A DNA stretch of 64,000 bases, from contig JABHUQ010000028.1 of NCBI GenBank assembly GCA_018658715.1, positions 5,663 to 69,662 on the forward strand, read 5' to 3'. This DNA comes from Fidelibacterota bacterium (lineage in GTDB: Bacteria > Fidelibacterota > Marinisomatia > Marinisomatales > UBA1611). The notes under the pieces were generated by a model, which did not search any database, was not told where the DNA came from, and was given only the letters and a program-made list of their open reading frames with translations. Numbering within the stretch: position 1 is the first letter of the stretch; every line of letters starts with the position of its first letter. A program made the position numbers and the translations under genes. Positions 49,784 through 60,351 of this stretch are shown here, piece after piece.

Positions 49784-50656
49784 TTATTTAAGTATACTTG
49801 ATATAGCTCTATAACTGCCCAAGACTGATATAATTCCAGCCAATCCTGCGAGCCATAACCAAATAAAAGGATCAACAGATAAAGACATATTTAAATGAGC
49901 TATCGACTTAATTATAAAATTGCCAGCTTTAATAAATCCTAGCATGCTTGGGTACACGAGCAGTGTTGAAATAGTTCCCATAAGTAATCCTTCAAAAACG
50001 AAAGGCATTTTAATGAATGACTTTGTTGCGCCTATCAATTGCATCGAATAGATGAGGCTTTTTCGAGAATAAACGCTCAATTTAACTGTATTATAGATCA
50101 CTAAAACTGTAATCAAAACTATTAATCCAGATACAAGTGGGAAATTTTTCAAAACTTTTTGATAATAGCGTTCAAGTTTATTTACAAGGATCCCTTGATG
50201 CCTTACAACATCCACTCCATCCATTGACTCTATCTCTTGAATGATAGCATTGAATTTCAATCTTTTTGGACTATTACGATCAAAATTAACGACCGTACTT
50301 GCAGGTAAAGGATTATATCCTAACACACTAAAAATATTTTCACCAAATTGATCTTGAAAAATATTGACTGCATCTTGTTTTCCAATAACAGTTGCAGAAC
50401 GTACGCCTCTAATTTTTTTTATTTTCTCTGCGATAGCTTTTGCTTGAAAGTCGCTTACATCCTGCTCATAGAATACTTCAACTTTGTATTTAGATCTAAC
50501 ATATTGAATTGTTTTATGAATATTTTCACCCCCAACCATAAATAAGCCAACGATGATAAGAGTGACATATAAAGTAAAGATAGCTGTTAAAGATGTGGCT
50601 TTATGTCGCCACACATTTTTGAAACCTTCAGAAACTAAAAAGATAATTTGATCCAT
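49784..50656 (-). CDS. ftsX: Cell-division ABC transporter permease FtsX
   Basis: 290 aa with the 4-TM FtsX topology and a periplasmic loop. It abuts ftsE. Confidence 0.85.
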   Translation of the reverse strand: MDQIIFLVSEGFKNVWRHKATSLTAIFTLYVTLIIVGLFMVGGENIHKTIQYVRSKYKVEVFYEQDVSDFQAKAIAEKIKKIRGVRSATVIGKQDAVNIFQDQFGENIFSVLGYNPLPASTVVNFDRNSPKRLKFNAIIQEIESMDGVDVVRHQGILVNKLERYYQKVLKNFPLVSGLIVLITVLVIYNTVKLSVYSRKSLIYSMQLIGATKSFIKMPFVFEGLLMGTISTLLVYPSMLGFIKAGNFIIKSIAHLNMSLSVDPFIWLWLAGLAGIISVLGSYRAISSILK

Positions 50657-51312
50657 TATCCATTGCCTCTTAAATGGCCATTTTGGAGTTCCAAGATTCG
50701 ATATCCACGACCTTTAATAAGACTATAGTTATGTGATGCCATTAAAATTGTTGTTCCTGTTTCATGAATCTCTTGTAATAATTTTACAAGTTCAAAAGCT
50801 GATACAGGGTCAAGGTTTCCAGTCGGTTCATCAGCTAATAAAACTGATGGATCTTTTACAATTGCTCTTGCTAAAGAAGCTCTTTGCTGTTCGCCTCCAG
50901 ATAATTGGCTTGGCTTTAATTTTTCTTTTCCTTCTAGTTTGACCAAATCTATACATTCTTCTACTCGTTCTGTGATTTCCTTTGTTGGATATCCCAATAC
51001 ATGTAATGGGAGGGCAATATTATTGTATACATTTCGATCTTCAAGAAGTTGATAGTTTTGAAAAACCATCCCAATTTCACGTCTTGCAAATGGAATTTTC
51101 CGTTTTTTCAGTTTATGACTCGAGAAATTCCCGGTTTTCACAAAACCAGATTGTGGAAGTAAATCAAAATATATAAGCCGCATTAAAGTTGTTTTTCCCG
51201 ATCCTGTTGGCCCAATTAAAAATGCAAAATCATTTTCGGGTATTGTAAAGCTAAGATTATTGACACCAACGTCTTTTTGGTGATTGTATGTTACATTCTG
51301 AAATTCAATCAT
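50656..51312 (-). CDS. ftsE: Cell-division ATP-binding protein FtsE
   Basis: Walker A GPTGSGKTT, signature LSGGEQQR and Walker B LLADEPTGNLD. Confidence 0.9.
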   Translation of the reverse strand: MIEFQNVTYNHQKDVGVNNLSFTIPENDFAFLIGPTGSGKTTLMRLIYFDLLPQSGFVKTGNFSSHKLKKRKIPFARREIGMVFQNYQLLEDRNVYNNIALPLHVLGYPTKEITERVEECIDLVKLEGKEKLKPSQLSGGEQQRASLARAIVKDPSVLLADEPTGNLDPVSAFELVKLLQEIHETGTTILMASHNYSLIKGRGYRILELQNGHLRGNG

Positions 51313-51360
51313 AGGCTAAACTTAAACATATTTGTATAACAATTTTACGAAGATTATAGG

Positions 51361-52407
51361 TTAAATATTACTGATTGCCCAAATTAAGTAGGTTAGGTAT
51401 ACGCCAATAAGAAACATACCAGAATATTTACCAATTTTCCATTTTCTAACTAAAAGAATAAACAAAACGACAAGTACAGATGCGAAAAGAAGAATTACTG
51501 AACTGAATAGATTCTCTTTACCTACCACTAATGGTCCGTCCGTTAATAATAAAATAATCATCCACGGAATACCAAGTCCAATCAGAATATCAAAAATATT
51601 TGATCCAAGTGCGTTACTTATAGCCATGCCCCCTCTTCCTTGACGAGCCACTATTATTGAAGATATTAAATCTGGTATAGATGTGCCAATAGCCAATACG
51701 GTTAATGCTATAATAGCTTTTGGAATATGTAAAATATTAGAAATCATTACTGCCGATTCAACGAGAACCCAGCTCAATCCACCAATAAAAATAATTGAAA
51801 TAAAAAAGTTGAATATATAATGTCTTTCAGAAAGGAAAAATTTTGATAATAAAATATCAAATGGTTTAAAAATAAGCATCCAACTTGAACTAAAAGAATC
51901 GCTATTATTTTCTAACTCATCTTGGCTATCATCCTCATATTTAAGAATTTTCCTCCAGTTCATGACAGACACAACATAAATAATATAAACTATAATAAAG
52001 GCTCCTGCTTCAACCATACTTATTTGGCCATCTGAAAATGCCCATAATAAAAATATAATTGAGGTTGAATAAAAAATAGAATCTCTTAATACAGGTTGCC
52101 ATGTTAAAATAGTGCTTCTTACCATAGCAGATGCGCCAATAATTACGAGCAAATTAAATAAAGCTGACCCAACAATTGTACCAATACCAATTTCCGCAAA
52201 ATCTCCTGGTTTTAATACAGATATTATTGATACAAAGAATTCAGGTGCACTTGATCCAATAGCCATCAAAGTTGCTCCTGCTACGTCAGAAGACATTTTT
52301 AAATCTTTTGCTACTCTATCAAGCGAATCCACAAAATAATCATCACAAACGCGAGCTAACAAATAAAAAGATATAATGAGTACAATAATCAGATATACTA
52401 ATAACAT
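51361..52407 (-). CDS. Ca2+/Na+ antiporter (CaCA family, YrbG-like)
   Basis: 348 aa with two alpha-repeats, GATLMAIGSSAPEFF and LTVLAIGTSIPDL. Confidence 0.85.
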   Translation of the reverse strand: MLLVYLIIVLIISFYLLARVCDDYFVDSLDRVAKDLKMSSDVAGATLMAIGSSAPEFFVSIISVLKPGDFAEIGIGTIVGSALFNLLVIIGASAMVRSTILTWQPVLRDSIFYSTSIIFLLWAFSDGQISMVEAGAFIIVYIIYVVSVMNWRKILKYEDDSQDELENNSDSFSSSWMLIFKPFDILLSKFFLSERHYIFNFFISIIFIGGLSWVLVESAVMISNILHIPKAIIALTVLAIGTSIPDLISSIIVARQGRGGMAISNALGSNIFDILIGLGIPWMIILLLTDGPLVVGKENLFSSVILLFASVLVVLFILLVRKWKIGKYSGMFLIGVYLTYLIWAISNI

Positions 52408-52410
52408 GGG

Positions 52411-52998
52411 TTACATATTTGTTTGAAATAATTTATGTTCATTTATATACTGCCATACATCTAATGGGACCATATATCGGATTGTTTTATCTTGAGTCCA
52501 TCTTTCTCTAATAGTTGTTGATGAAATTTCAAATTTAGGAATATTGGCAAATTGGACTTTCTTCAATACCCAAGGTTGAATTCCACTAGGTTTAAATCCT
52601 GGACGAACAGCAACGATTACTTGGCATACATTCAATATTTTTTCTGCATTTTTCCACGTATGGAAATCTCCAAGCGAATCACTTCCCATAAGGTAAAATA
52701 GTTCTGGTCTTTCTAGTGTATATTGTTCTTTGATATGATTAATGGTATCAATCGAATAAGATATGCCTTTTCTTTTAATCTCCACGTCACACAGCTCGAA
52801 GTTCGGATTATTTGCTATAGCAATCTTTAACATGTTTAATCTATGATCAATCGGACTAGTAAAGATTTTGTGTGGTGGTTCATAGGCAGGAATAAACATG
52901 ATTTTATCAAATGATTCCACTTCACAAATAGTTTGCGCAATTAGTAAATGGCCTATATGTGGTGGGTCAAAAGTCCCACCGAATAAACATATTTTCAA
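52411..52998 (-). CDS. nadD: Nicotinate-nucleotide adenylyltransferase
   Basis: GGTFDPPHIGHL and ISSTTIR motifs. Confidence 0.92.
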   Translation of the reverse strand: MKICLFGGTFDPPHIGHLLIAQTICEVESFDKIMFIPAYEPPHKIFTSPIDHRLNMLKIAIANNPNFELCDVEIKRKGISYSIDTINHIKEQYTLERPELFYLMGSDSLGDFHTWKNAEKILNVCQVIVAVRPGFKPSGIQPWVLKKVQFANIPKFEISSTTIRERWTQDKTIRYMVPLDVWQYINEHKLFQTNM

Positions 52999-53756
52999 TT
53001 GGAATCCTTTTCAGATGATTTCTTTGCATTATTTATATGTTTTTGTGCTTTTTCTCTTAAGTCTTTTGATTTTATTTTATGATTGTTATCATTCCAATAA
53101 GATTCTGCAGATTCAACATTTTTTAATAGGTAATGGCTTTTAATTATACCGATGTGGGCTTCTTCAGCATAAGATGTATCATAGAAATTTGCAATAAGTT
53201 GCTCATAGGCAAAAATAGCTGATTCAAATTCTTCCATTTTAATATACAAAACACCCGTTTCTAGAATTTTAAACGCCATTTTATTTCTCAACTCTTGGAT
53301 TGCAGCCAGTGCTTCATTCACCTTCGGAGATGATGGGAAATCTTCTATAAATTCTTGATACCGCTCTAGTGCTTTTTGTGAAAATGTTTGGTCTAAATAA
53401 TATTCTGGAGATTCTATATCATATGCTTCACAAATTCTATAACGGGCTTTTTCAACATATGGGCTAAAAGCCATTTTGCGAGCTAATTTTTCAAATTCAG
53501 ATATAGCTAATAAATATTCCTTATTTAAGAAAAAGGATTCTCCTAAATAAAATTGTGCGTCATCCCCGAGGTCACTTCCTGTACCGCGTATGACAACATA
53601 TTGAAATTCTTCTTGAGCACGTAAATATTTTTCATCTTCAAGAAAAGCTTTCCCTTGATTAAATCGTGATTCTAGGTCGATGGTAACATCTGGTTTATTC
53701 CCCGAACAATTAAGTAATATTAATCCGAAAAGAACAATTGATAATAGTTTTTGCAT
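52995..53756 (-). CDS. bamD: Outer-membrane protein assembly factor BamD (TPR lipoprotein)
   Basis: Lipobox LILLNC and TPR-like repeats with YLRAQEEF, AQFYLGESFF and ARYRICEAY. Confidence 0.8.
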   Translation of the reverse strand: MQKLLSIVLFGLILLNCSGNKPDVTIDLESRFNQGKAFLEDEKYLRAQEEFQYVVIRGTGSDLGDDAQFYLGESFFLNKEYLLAISEFEKLARKMAFSPYVEKARYRICEAYDIESPEYYLDQTFSQKALERYQEFIEDFPSSPKVNEALAAIQELRNKMAFKILETGVLYIKMEEFESAIFAYEQLIANFYDTSYAEEAHIGIIKSHYLLKNVESAESYWNDNNHKIKSKDLREKAQKHINNAKKSSEKDSN

Positions 53757-53762
53757 TGTTAA

Positions 53763-54695
53763 TTAAAATTCCATAGTTAATGAAATGCCGCCAATACCGT
53801 TTCTATTTTTTGGGTTGAACAGTAAGGCAACTTTCGAGTTATTTAATATTTTTGATTTTTTTTGCGCAAATAGTATAGCTTCCAATCCTGAAATAATATG
53901 ATTAAACATTAAGACTGTAATCGAATATTTTGCCACGAGTTTATATTGATTCGAATCAAAACGCATGTTTAAATATGATTCTTTTAAATCAGTCATAACT
54001 AATATTTCTGCAGATGTGTCGCTGACAGCTTTTTCCACCAACTCATAATCTTCCGAGTCAGTCCATCCCCCGGAAAATTGATTGTATTTTCCTACATTTT
54101 CATAGAAATGGTGGTCTCGAACAACAGTCACATAACCATTCGTTATCCAATCATAATGACCTTCAATATCATTAGATGTAATAAATGAACCATGTTCGCC
54201 TTGTAATGTTTCATTATCAATTTTAATGACAAGTGAATGGGAACCACCACTTAGTTGAATTCCATATTGTCCCAAATCTGCATTATGATTTTGAGTAAAA
54301 ATATACCAGTTGTTTAATGTCCAATGATTATCTGCATAGTTTTCATAATCATGTTGGGAAGATAGGCCTAAGTTATGGAAATAATAAGCACTAGCAATAC
54401 TTGCAGTCTCTATAGCAACAAAAGATAATGTTTTCAAAAAAGGAGCTTTATTATGTGCTTGTCCCCAACCGGGTATTACTAAAGATTTAATGAGGGATTT
54501 CCCAGGGTAAATAAAACTAATTGAATCCTGCAACTCCACCTGAGGTGAATCCGGATCAAATGTTAATGTATTATTTGAAAAAGATGCAAAATCCTTTCCT
54601 TTAGCGCTTGTTACGCATAAACTAAAGGTTAGAAGTAAAAATATAACTTTAATAATTGAATAAAAGTGAGAAGTAATATGTCGGTTCATTGCCAT
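53763..54695 (-). CDS. Hypothetical exported/membrane protein (DUF5683-like PGWGQ motif)
   Basis: 310 aa with an SLVIPGWGQAHN motif. It overlaps the 3' end of the upstream gene by about 40 nt. Confidence 0.4.
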   Translation of the reverse strand: MAMNRHITSHFYSIIKVIFLLLTFSLCVTSAKGKDFASFSNNTLTFDPDSPQVELQDSISFIYPGKSLIKSLVIPGWGQAHNKAPFLKTLSFVAIETASIASAYYFHNLGLSSQHDYENYADNHWTLNNWYIFTQNHNADLGQYGIQLSGGSHSLVIKIDNETLQGEHGSFITSNDIEGHYDWITNGYVTVVRDHHFYENVGKYNQFSGGWTDSEDYELVEKAVSDTSAEILVMTDLKESYLNMRFDSNQYKLVAKYSITVLMFNHIISGLEAILFAQKKSKILNNSKVALLFNPKNRNGIGGISLTMEF

Positions 54696-57597
54696 ATAAA
54701 ATTTCTTGCCCTTTGACTGTTTTAATAAAATCGTCCATTCCTTTATGAATTTCTACCCCAATTGCAGTCGGGAAGTTATAAAAAGAAAACCCATTAATTC
54801 GCCATTGAATTCCAATTGATTTTTTTAGGTTGATTTCTTTATTTTGGCTCCATGCATCACCTACTTGGAACATTAGACCTAAATAACTGTTTTGAAACTG
54901 TGTCCATCCGAATAAATAATTTTGCTCAGTAAATAGCGGGAAACGAAAAGTTGTTTCAAGTAACGCAAATCGAGTCCCTTCAACACTATAAAAAGGATAC
55001 CCTTTTAACCCGGTTAAACCTCCATTAAAAAAATGAAAAAATGAATCTATTTCCGTCGATGAATAAGTAAATCCAGCTTTTGCAGATGTATTAAGTGTCC
55101 ATCGCTCAGTGTTGGGTAATTCAAAATGATAATCTCCTCCACCTTGCCACTTTAGATGATTATTTGGCGCATAAACTTCCTTTAATGATCCCGCATCAGA
55201 AAAATCGATACCTTCAATAAAATCATTCTTTTCAATATCAAGTGATGTCCAAACCTTATAGCCTTTAGATGGATTAATATTTTTATCATATCTTCTTTTC
55301 ACTAGGTCAAGATTCCAATTAAATCCAATGGATGTGCTACGATAATAATCATACGATATGCCACCTGTTAGTCCTTCTGTAGGAATGGATTCAGAAATGA
55401 ATGCTCGATATCGTTGCCAAATAGAATAAAATTCAAACTGGCTGCCATAAAATGGAAGGCGCATTCCAGCCCTAAAAAAAGTAAGTCTAAATTTTATTTG
55501 GTCATTAATTGGATAAGTCCCTTTGTATGTATATGAATCAGTAATATTTCTCGTCAAATAAAATGTTTCAAAGAATAGCGTTGGGAAAAATCGTCTGAAC
55601 TCAAAAATAAAGAATAAATCTGTATCTTTTATATTATTTACGGATGCACCACCAAATACATTAAGCCGATCTAGAATTTCATTTGAATAAAAATAAAATC
55701 CCGGCTTAGTTGTTCCATAGTCTACCATTAATTTTGGAAGAATAAACATTTTCGGGAATTGATCAACATAAGGTATTGACACTGATTCATCTTTTTTAAC
55801 AATCGGATCATTCAGGTCGCTGTTTCTTAGATAATACGTAGGCGAATACCCGATAAATTCATCTTCCATGGGAGAAATCGAATCTAAAAGTGCGATTTTA
55901 TAACCCCCATTTTCGTATAAAGAATATAGAATTTGACCATTTTGATTCATATGAGGCATAAAAGCGCCACCCAACAAGTTCGTAATGAACCCTTGAGTGT
56001 TATCGACTTCATTTTTAATGTATAAATTGTAAATACCAGTACGATCATCAGAATATAGTAATTCACCCATTTGTGTAACCTGAATATCCCGTTCATCCCA
56101 TAGACTATTATTCAATAAAATCCCTATAGAATCAGATTCCAAATCGTGATATTGAATATTTCTATAATGATGTTCTGTAACGGAGAAAACGAGTTGGTGA
56201 TTTGTAGCATTATACGAAAGAGACGAAATTATTGGCCTATGATCAAAAAATGTAATTTGTTCTAATGAGTCAGATTTTAAATGGAGTAAAAATATATTTT
56301 GTCCCCCATCATAGGTTGACAAATAAGCAATAGTGCTATCTCTTGGAATAAATACAGGTGAAAAGGATCTAGCATCATGGGTTAATCTGAGTTCTTCTTC
56401 TGTTTCTAGATTGTATTCATAAATGTCATAAAATCTAGATCCATTTTTATTTGGGAATAGCGCCTTTTTGCTATAGTAAATCATTTTTCCATTAGAATGC
56501 CATGTAGGTGCAGAATGAACTCCACCCATTAATTTCTTTTCCTCATTTGTATTAAAATCATGAAAGAAAAGTTCAGTTTGACCAAAATAGTCATTATTTC
56601 TATTTGATAACCATGCAAATCCCGTCCCCTGTGGATTCCATATTGGATGTGCATTAAAAGTCCCTATATCTTTAATAATAATACCAGTTACAGGATTAAT
56701 ATTAATGGGATTAGTTAATAGATGGTATCTAGCATTTAAAGATTCCAAAAAGCGTTCATAAATGAAAAAACCATCTTCCCCTAAAACATTATACAAGGCA
56801 TCAGAAATTGAGAATTGTAATGGAGTACTTAAATCTTCCATAATGATCCGTAATTTATCAGCCCCATATTTAACAGCAATATATTTACAAAATGCGAATC
56901 CAGTATTATAGGTGGATTCATTCCCAATACCACGTTTACCAAAAGTATTAATTTCGTCAAATGATAAGAAATTGTCATTCAAAGACCGATCGCGCAAAAT
57001 CATGTCGCGGTGAGAGTCCCAATGATCCCAATCCGCTCCTTCATACATATATTGTGCAACCCCTTCCGCCAACCAAGGGGGAACGACCGTACCAGGAACT
57101 GGAAAACTTGCTAATACATTAGGGAAACCATAAAGAACATCTTTTCTTTTTTCTTTTTCATACCCCATGAATTGAAAATATGCACCCGGAAAAGATAAAT
57201 CAGCCTTCATGGCCTTTTGCAATGAAACGATATGTGTGAATTCATGTGTAATTACATTTTGTAACCATCGATGGCTTCCCCGAAGTTCAAAATCAAGTGG
57301 AGATGCCCAAATAACCATTTTATTGTCATAATAATAAGCAGCGCCATTGGAATAATCATCTGGATCAATTAGCACTAAATGAGTCTTGGTAGGTGGCTCA
57401 TATTCATAGAGGGATGTCACGTGTGGGTAAATCGTTTCGGCTACAGTTGCAGCTTCTCGAGCTGTCTGTTCTGTTTCATCATGAAAGTGTATTTTAAAAT
57501 GGTCTGTTTCAAAGGTATGCCAATTTAACTCAGGATGATTATATTGTACCTGGGAGAACGAAATTGATAGAAGAAGTGATAATAGAAAATACTTCAT
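54649..57597 (-). CDS. Large envelope protein: HExxH metallopeptidase-like domain, TolB/PD40-like beta-propeller and C-terminal beta-barrel
   Basis: 982 aa with a signal peptide. HEFTH lies at 57232..57246. It has PD40-like repeats (PTWHSNGKMIYYS, FSPVFIPRDSTIAYLS). The aromatic-rich C-terminal region ends LLFNY. Confidence 0.6.
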   Translation of the reverse strand: MKYFLLSLLLSISFSQVQYNHPELNWHTFETDHFKIHFHDETEQTAREAATVAETIYPHVTSLYEYEPPTKTHLVLIDPDDYSNGAAYYYDNKMVIWASPLDFELRGSHRWLQNVITHEFTHIVSLQKAMKADLSFPGAYFQFMGYEKEKRKDVLYGFPNVLASFPVPGTVVPPWLAEGVAQYMYEGADWDHWDSHRDMILRDRSLNDNFLSFDEINTFGKRGIGNESTYNTGFAFCKYIAVKYGADKLRIIMEDLSTPLQFSISDALYNVLGEDGFFIYERFLESLNARYHLLTNPININPVTGIIIKDIGTFNAHPIWNPQGTGFAWLSNRNNDYFGQTELFFHDFNTNEEKKLMGGVHSAPTWHSNGKMIYYSKKALFPNKNGSRFYDIYEYNLETEEELRLTHDARSFSPVFIPRDSTIAYLSTYDGGQNIFLLHLKSDSLEQITFFDHRPIISSLSYNATNHQLVFSVTEHHYRNIQYHDLESDSIGILLNNSLWDERDIQVTQMGELLYSDDRTGIYNLYIKNEVDNTQGFITNLLGGAFMPHMNQNGQILYSLYENGGYKIALLDSISPMEDEFIGYSPTYYLRNSDLNDPIVKKDESVSIPYVDQFPKMFILPKLMVDYGTTKPGFYFYSNEILDRLNVFGGASVNNIKDTDLFFIFEFRRFFPTLFFETFYLTRNITDSYTYKGTYPINDQIKFRLTFFRAGMRLPFYGSQFEFYSIWQRYRAFISESIPTEGLTGGISYDYYRSTSIGFNWNLDLVKRRYDKNINPSKGYKVWTSLDIEKNDFIEGIDFSDAGSLKEVYAPNNHLKWQGGGDYHFELPNTERWTLNTSAKAGFTYSSTEIDSFFHFFNGGLTGLKGYPFYSVEGTRFALLETTFRFPLFTEQNYLFGWTQFQNSYLGLMFQVGDAWSQNKEINLKKSIGIQWRINGFSFYNFPTAIGVEIHKGMDDFIKTVKGQEILYGNEPTYYFSLLFNY

Positions 57598-60338
57598 TAA
57601 TGTAATATTCCAATTTTTACTATCTTTGTTACAGAATTATTAATTGTTACATTAGCGAAATACACGCCTGATTCAATATTGGCAACATCCCATATCCATT
57701 CTGAAGTTTGATTTCCACTGTAAGTTATTTTAATTTGGTTTGATGTAATAAAATAACCTGCAATATCAAAAATATTTATATCAATTGTTGATGCATCTGT
57801 CGTCTCAAATCTAAATGTTCCAACACCTTCTTTAATTGGATTAGGATAACAATAGGCGTGAATAAGTAAATCATTTTCTATGATCTGGCTTTCATAATCT
57901 AATGAAATTGTACGACTTCTTCCCCAATCACCGTTTTTATAAGTCCATTCATTTCCATTGGTATTTCGTAGCCAATCGTTGACATTATCGAATAAATATA
58001 TATTTGATTGTGAGAAAACAGCCATTTTATCTTGAATATAATTTGCTGTAACAAGCTTATCTTTCTCCATAGTTGAATAATTGTATAATAACTTACCATC
58101 ATGACTAAATATTATAAGTCGCGTAGAGTCTTTTGATTTTGCTATGATTTCAGGATACGCGTCCATTGTGATATTTCTAGAAATAATAGGATCTTGCAAT
58201 GGAATATCAATTGGAAATCCATCCATAATAGTTAATGATGAATCCATTGCATATAAATATCCTTCTGAATCCAAAGCTAAAACATCTAAACTAGCATCAA
58301 GATTAAGGTCAATACCTGAAATAGATTGAAAACTCAATTGCTCCCATTTTGTTAAAGTATTATTATCTAATATGAAGGAAACATCAGAATCAATTTGAGA
58401 AATAGATGATATATGTTTATTCCATTGTTCAACATCATTTTCTATGAACCAATCACCTAGCATAAAATTATACCTTGGAAATCGTCGCCCAGTTACAGTC
58501 CATCCTCTCACTTTTGTAAATGTGTTATTACTAATGTCATAATCATATTTAGTTTGAATAGTAGAATCTTGAATAAATTCAAATATCTCTACATTAGTAT
58601 CTAAATCACTACGAAGTTGAATAAAAAGTGAATCTGATAAAACAGGATGAAAATAGGTTCTTTTCGAAATATCATCACTAGGAGCAAACCACAGAGAATC
58701 GATTCCGCCAAATATATCAGGATGACCGTCTCCATTAAAATCATCTACAAGTCTGATATGCGCATTTTCATCTGGGAACCCATGGATAAAATCGTATAAT
58801 GGATAACTAAATGTCATAGTGTCATTTGGTTCAGAAATATCCATTATAGTAACTAAACTATTTGATCCATCATATGAATTTGAATTAGGAAACGTATTTG
58901 GCGAAAATACGGGAGGTTCATTGGCATAAGTTGGATTTGCTCGTTCATACTGTAAATTGCCTTTAAACCACATGTCGCCAAAATATCCACTAGATGGGTC
59001 ATTAAATGGAAAAATGGACATATACCCTATATCTTGAGCTCCATCTGCTTCTTCTAAATCAATCCCACGATGTGTTTTATCTGAATTAACAGAATAATCA
59101 TTTAAACCAGGATTAATAATATTTTCATCAATATGCCAAATCAGAAAACCAGATGCAGGTAAACCAAGATCATAATTTGGAATTCCAGTAATAACACCAT
59201 TACTATCTATTTCAATATTAACGGAGTCCATTAATACTTCTACAAAATTTGGATATCTATCAGTCTGTACCCATATTATATATTGCATGGAATCAATACT
59301 AACTCCATCATTTACCCAATTATTACGATTCTCAATTAGGAATGATTCATTATTGTTGAAGGATATAGATGCAATTTTGTTTTGGGATCTAGAAGGCAAC
59401 TGAACCGTACTTCCAGGATTTATGGATTGAGCATTTTCCCATCCCGCATATATTCTACTCCACGCATTTGGTGGTGCGGGTATTAACCCACGACCATTAT
59501 TTGAACCCTGATCCATAAGCCCAAATATTCCAATACCGCTCTCCCCTGTCTCTAATTCCCATAGTGGTGGTAATTCCATGGCAAATCCAATCATTAATGC
59601 GAATGTCCCTGTCAATCCGTATTGGAAATCGCAAGGTTCTTCAGAATCATTAAATATGGTTTCACCTATTTCATAAAATAAATGATTCTGTGTCTCTGGA
59701 AGAATGATTCCTTTTTCTATTATACTTTCACCAATATACCAATCTGTATTATTCAAATATGTATTTATCATATTTGGATCCACATAAGTAGATGGTATAT
59801 CTTCAGGTGTTGGGTCTAAAAATGGTAATGAAAAATCTTGCCCAATTCCTGCATGGAAAACAACAATTAAGTCATAAGAAGAAAATTCAATTGAATCAAT
59901 TTCATATGCTTTATTGGCTGCATCTTTCAATAGTTCTGTTAATCTTGATTCTTGTAATTCATCTTCATTATATGGATTGTAATAATTCATAGTATTTTCC
60001 AGTGAATAGGAATCATTATTCTCAACTGGATAAACCTGAGATTCATTTAAATCTATTCCAAACAGATTATAGGATACATTTCGATAGTATGAATCAACAG
60101 CTTTTAGCTGCGATGTAAAATAGGATTTATCATGGGGTGGTGGATCAATGGTATAATTATCACATACAAAATATGTAGAGTCTAAAAAGGAGCCGTCTCC
60201 TGATGTACTTTCATGATCATCAATTTGAAAATTAACTCGGAGAGCACATACTTTTATATTGCCCAATACATCAGCAGAAACAATTGACGTTAATAAAACC
60301 AGGCTGGTAAGTAATAACCTGGACAAAGAAATATTCAT
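57597..60338 (-). CDS. M6 (InhA)-like secreted protein with degenerate zinc site, FG-GAP repeat and T9SS C-terminal sorting domain
   Basis: 913 aa with a signal peptide. M6-like blocks are VVFHAGIGQDF, GLMDQGSNNG..PAPPNAWSRIYAGW and GIDLEEADGAQD. LMIGF occupies the position where HExxH is expected. An FG-GAP motif is DDFNGDGHPDIFGG. The CTD reads YPNPIKEG...SGVYFANV...KIVKIGILH. Confidence 0.6.
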   Translation of the reverse strand: MNISLSRLLLTSLVLLTSIVSADVLGNIKVCALRVNFQIDDHESTSGDGSFLDSTYFVCDNYTIDPPPHDKSYFTSQLKAVDSYYRNVSYNLFGIDLNESQVYPVENNDSYSLENTMNYYNPYNEDELQESRLTELLKDAANKAYEIDSIEFSSYDLIVVFHAGIGQDFSLPFLDPTPEDIPSTYVDPNMINTYLNNTDWYIGESIIEKGIILPETQNHLFYEIGETIFNDSEEPCDFQYGLTGTFALMIGFAMELPPLWELETGESGIGIFGLMDQGSNNGRGLIPAPPNAWSRIYAGWENAQSINPGSTVQLPSRSQNKIASISFNNNESFLIENRNNWVNDGVSIDSMQYIIWVQTDRYPNFVEVLMDSVNIEIDSNGVITGIPNYDLGLPASGFLIWHIDENIINPGLNDYSVNSDKTHRGIDLEEADGAQDIGYMSIFPFNDPSSGYFGDMWFKGNLQYERANPTYANEPPVFSPNTFPNSNSYDGSNSLVTIMDISEPNDTMTFSYPLYDFIHGFPDENAHIRLVDDFNGDGHPDIFGGIDSLWFAPSDDISKRTYFHPVLSDSLFIQLRSDLDTNVEIFEFIQDSTIQTKYDYDISNNTFTKVRGWTVTGRRFPRYNFMLGDWFIENDVEQWNKHISSISQIDSDVSFILDNNTLTKWEQLSFQSISGIDLNLDASLDVLALDSEGYLYAMDSSLTIMDGFPIDIPLQDPIISRNITMDAYPEIIAKSKDSTRLIIFSHDGKLLYNYSTMEKDKLVTANYIQDKMAVFSQSNIYLFDNVNDWLRNTNGNEWTYKNGDWGRSRTISLDYESQIIENDLLIHAYCYPNPIKEGVGTFRFETTDASTIDINIFDIAGYFITSNQIKITYSGNQTSEWIWDVANIESGVYFANVTINNSVTKIVKIGILH

Positions 60339-60351
60339 ATTTTGATAAAAA

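Noticed and set aside
57597-60338. PorU (T9SS C-terminal signal peptidase) identity for the 913-aa protein, considered because porU and porV are neighbours in Bacteroidetes.
   Set aside because: I could not find a clan-CD/C25-type His-Gly ... Ala-Cys catalytic arrangement. The conserved blocks fit M6-like proteins instead.
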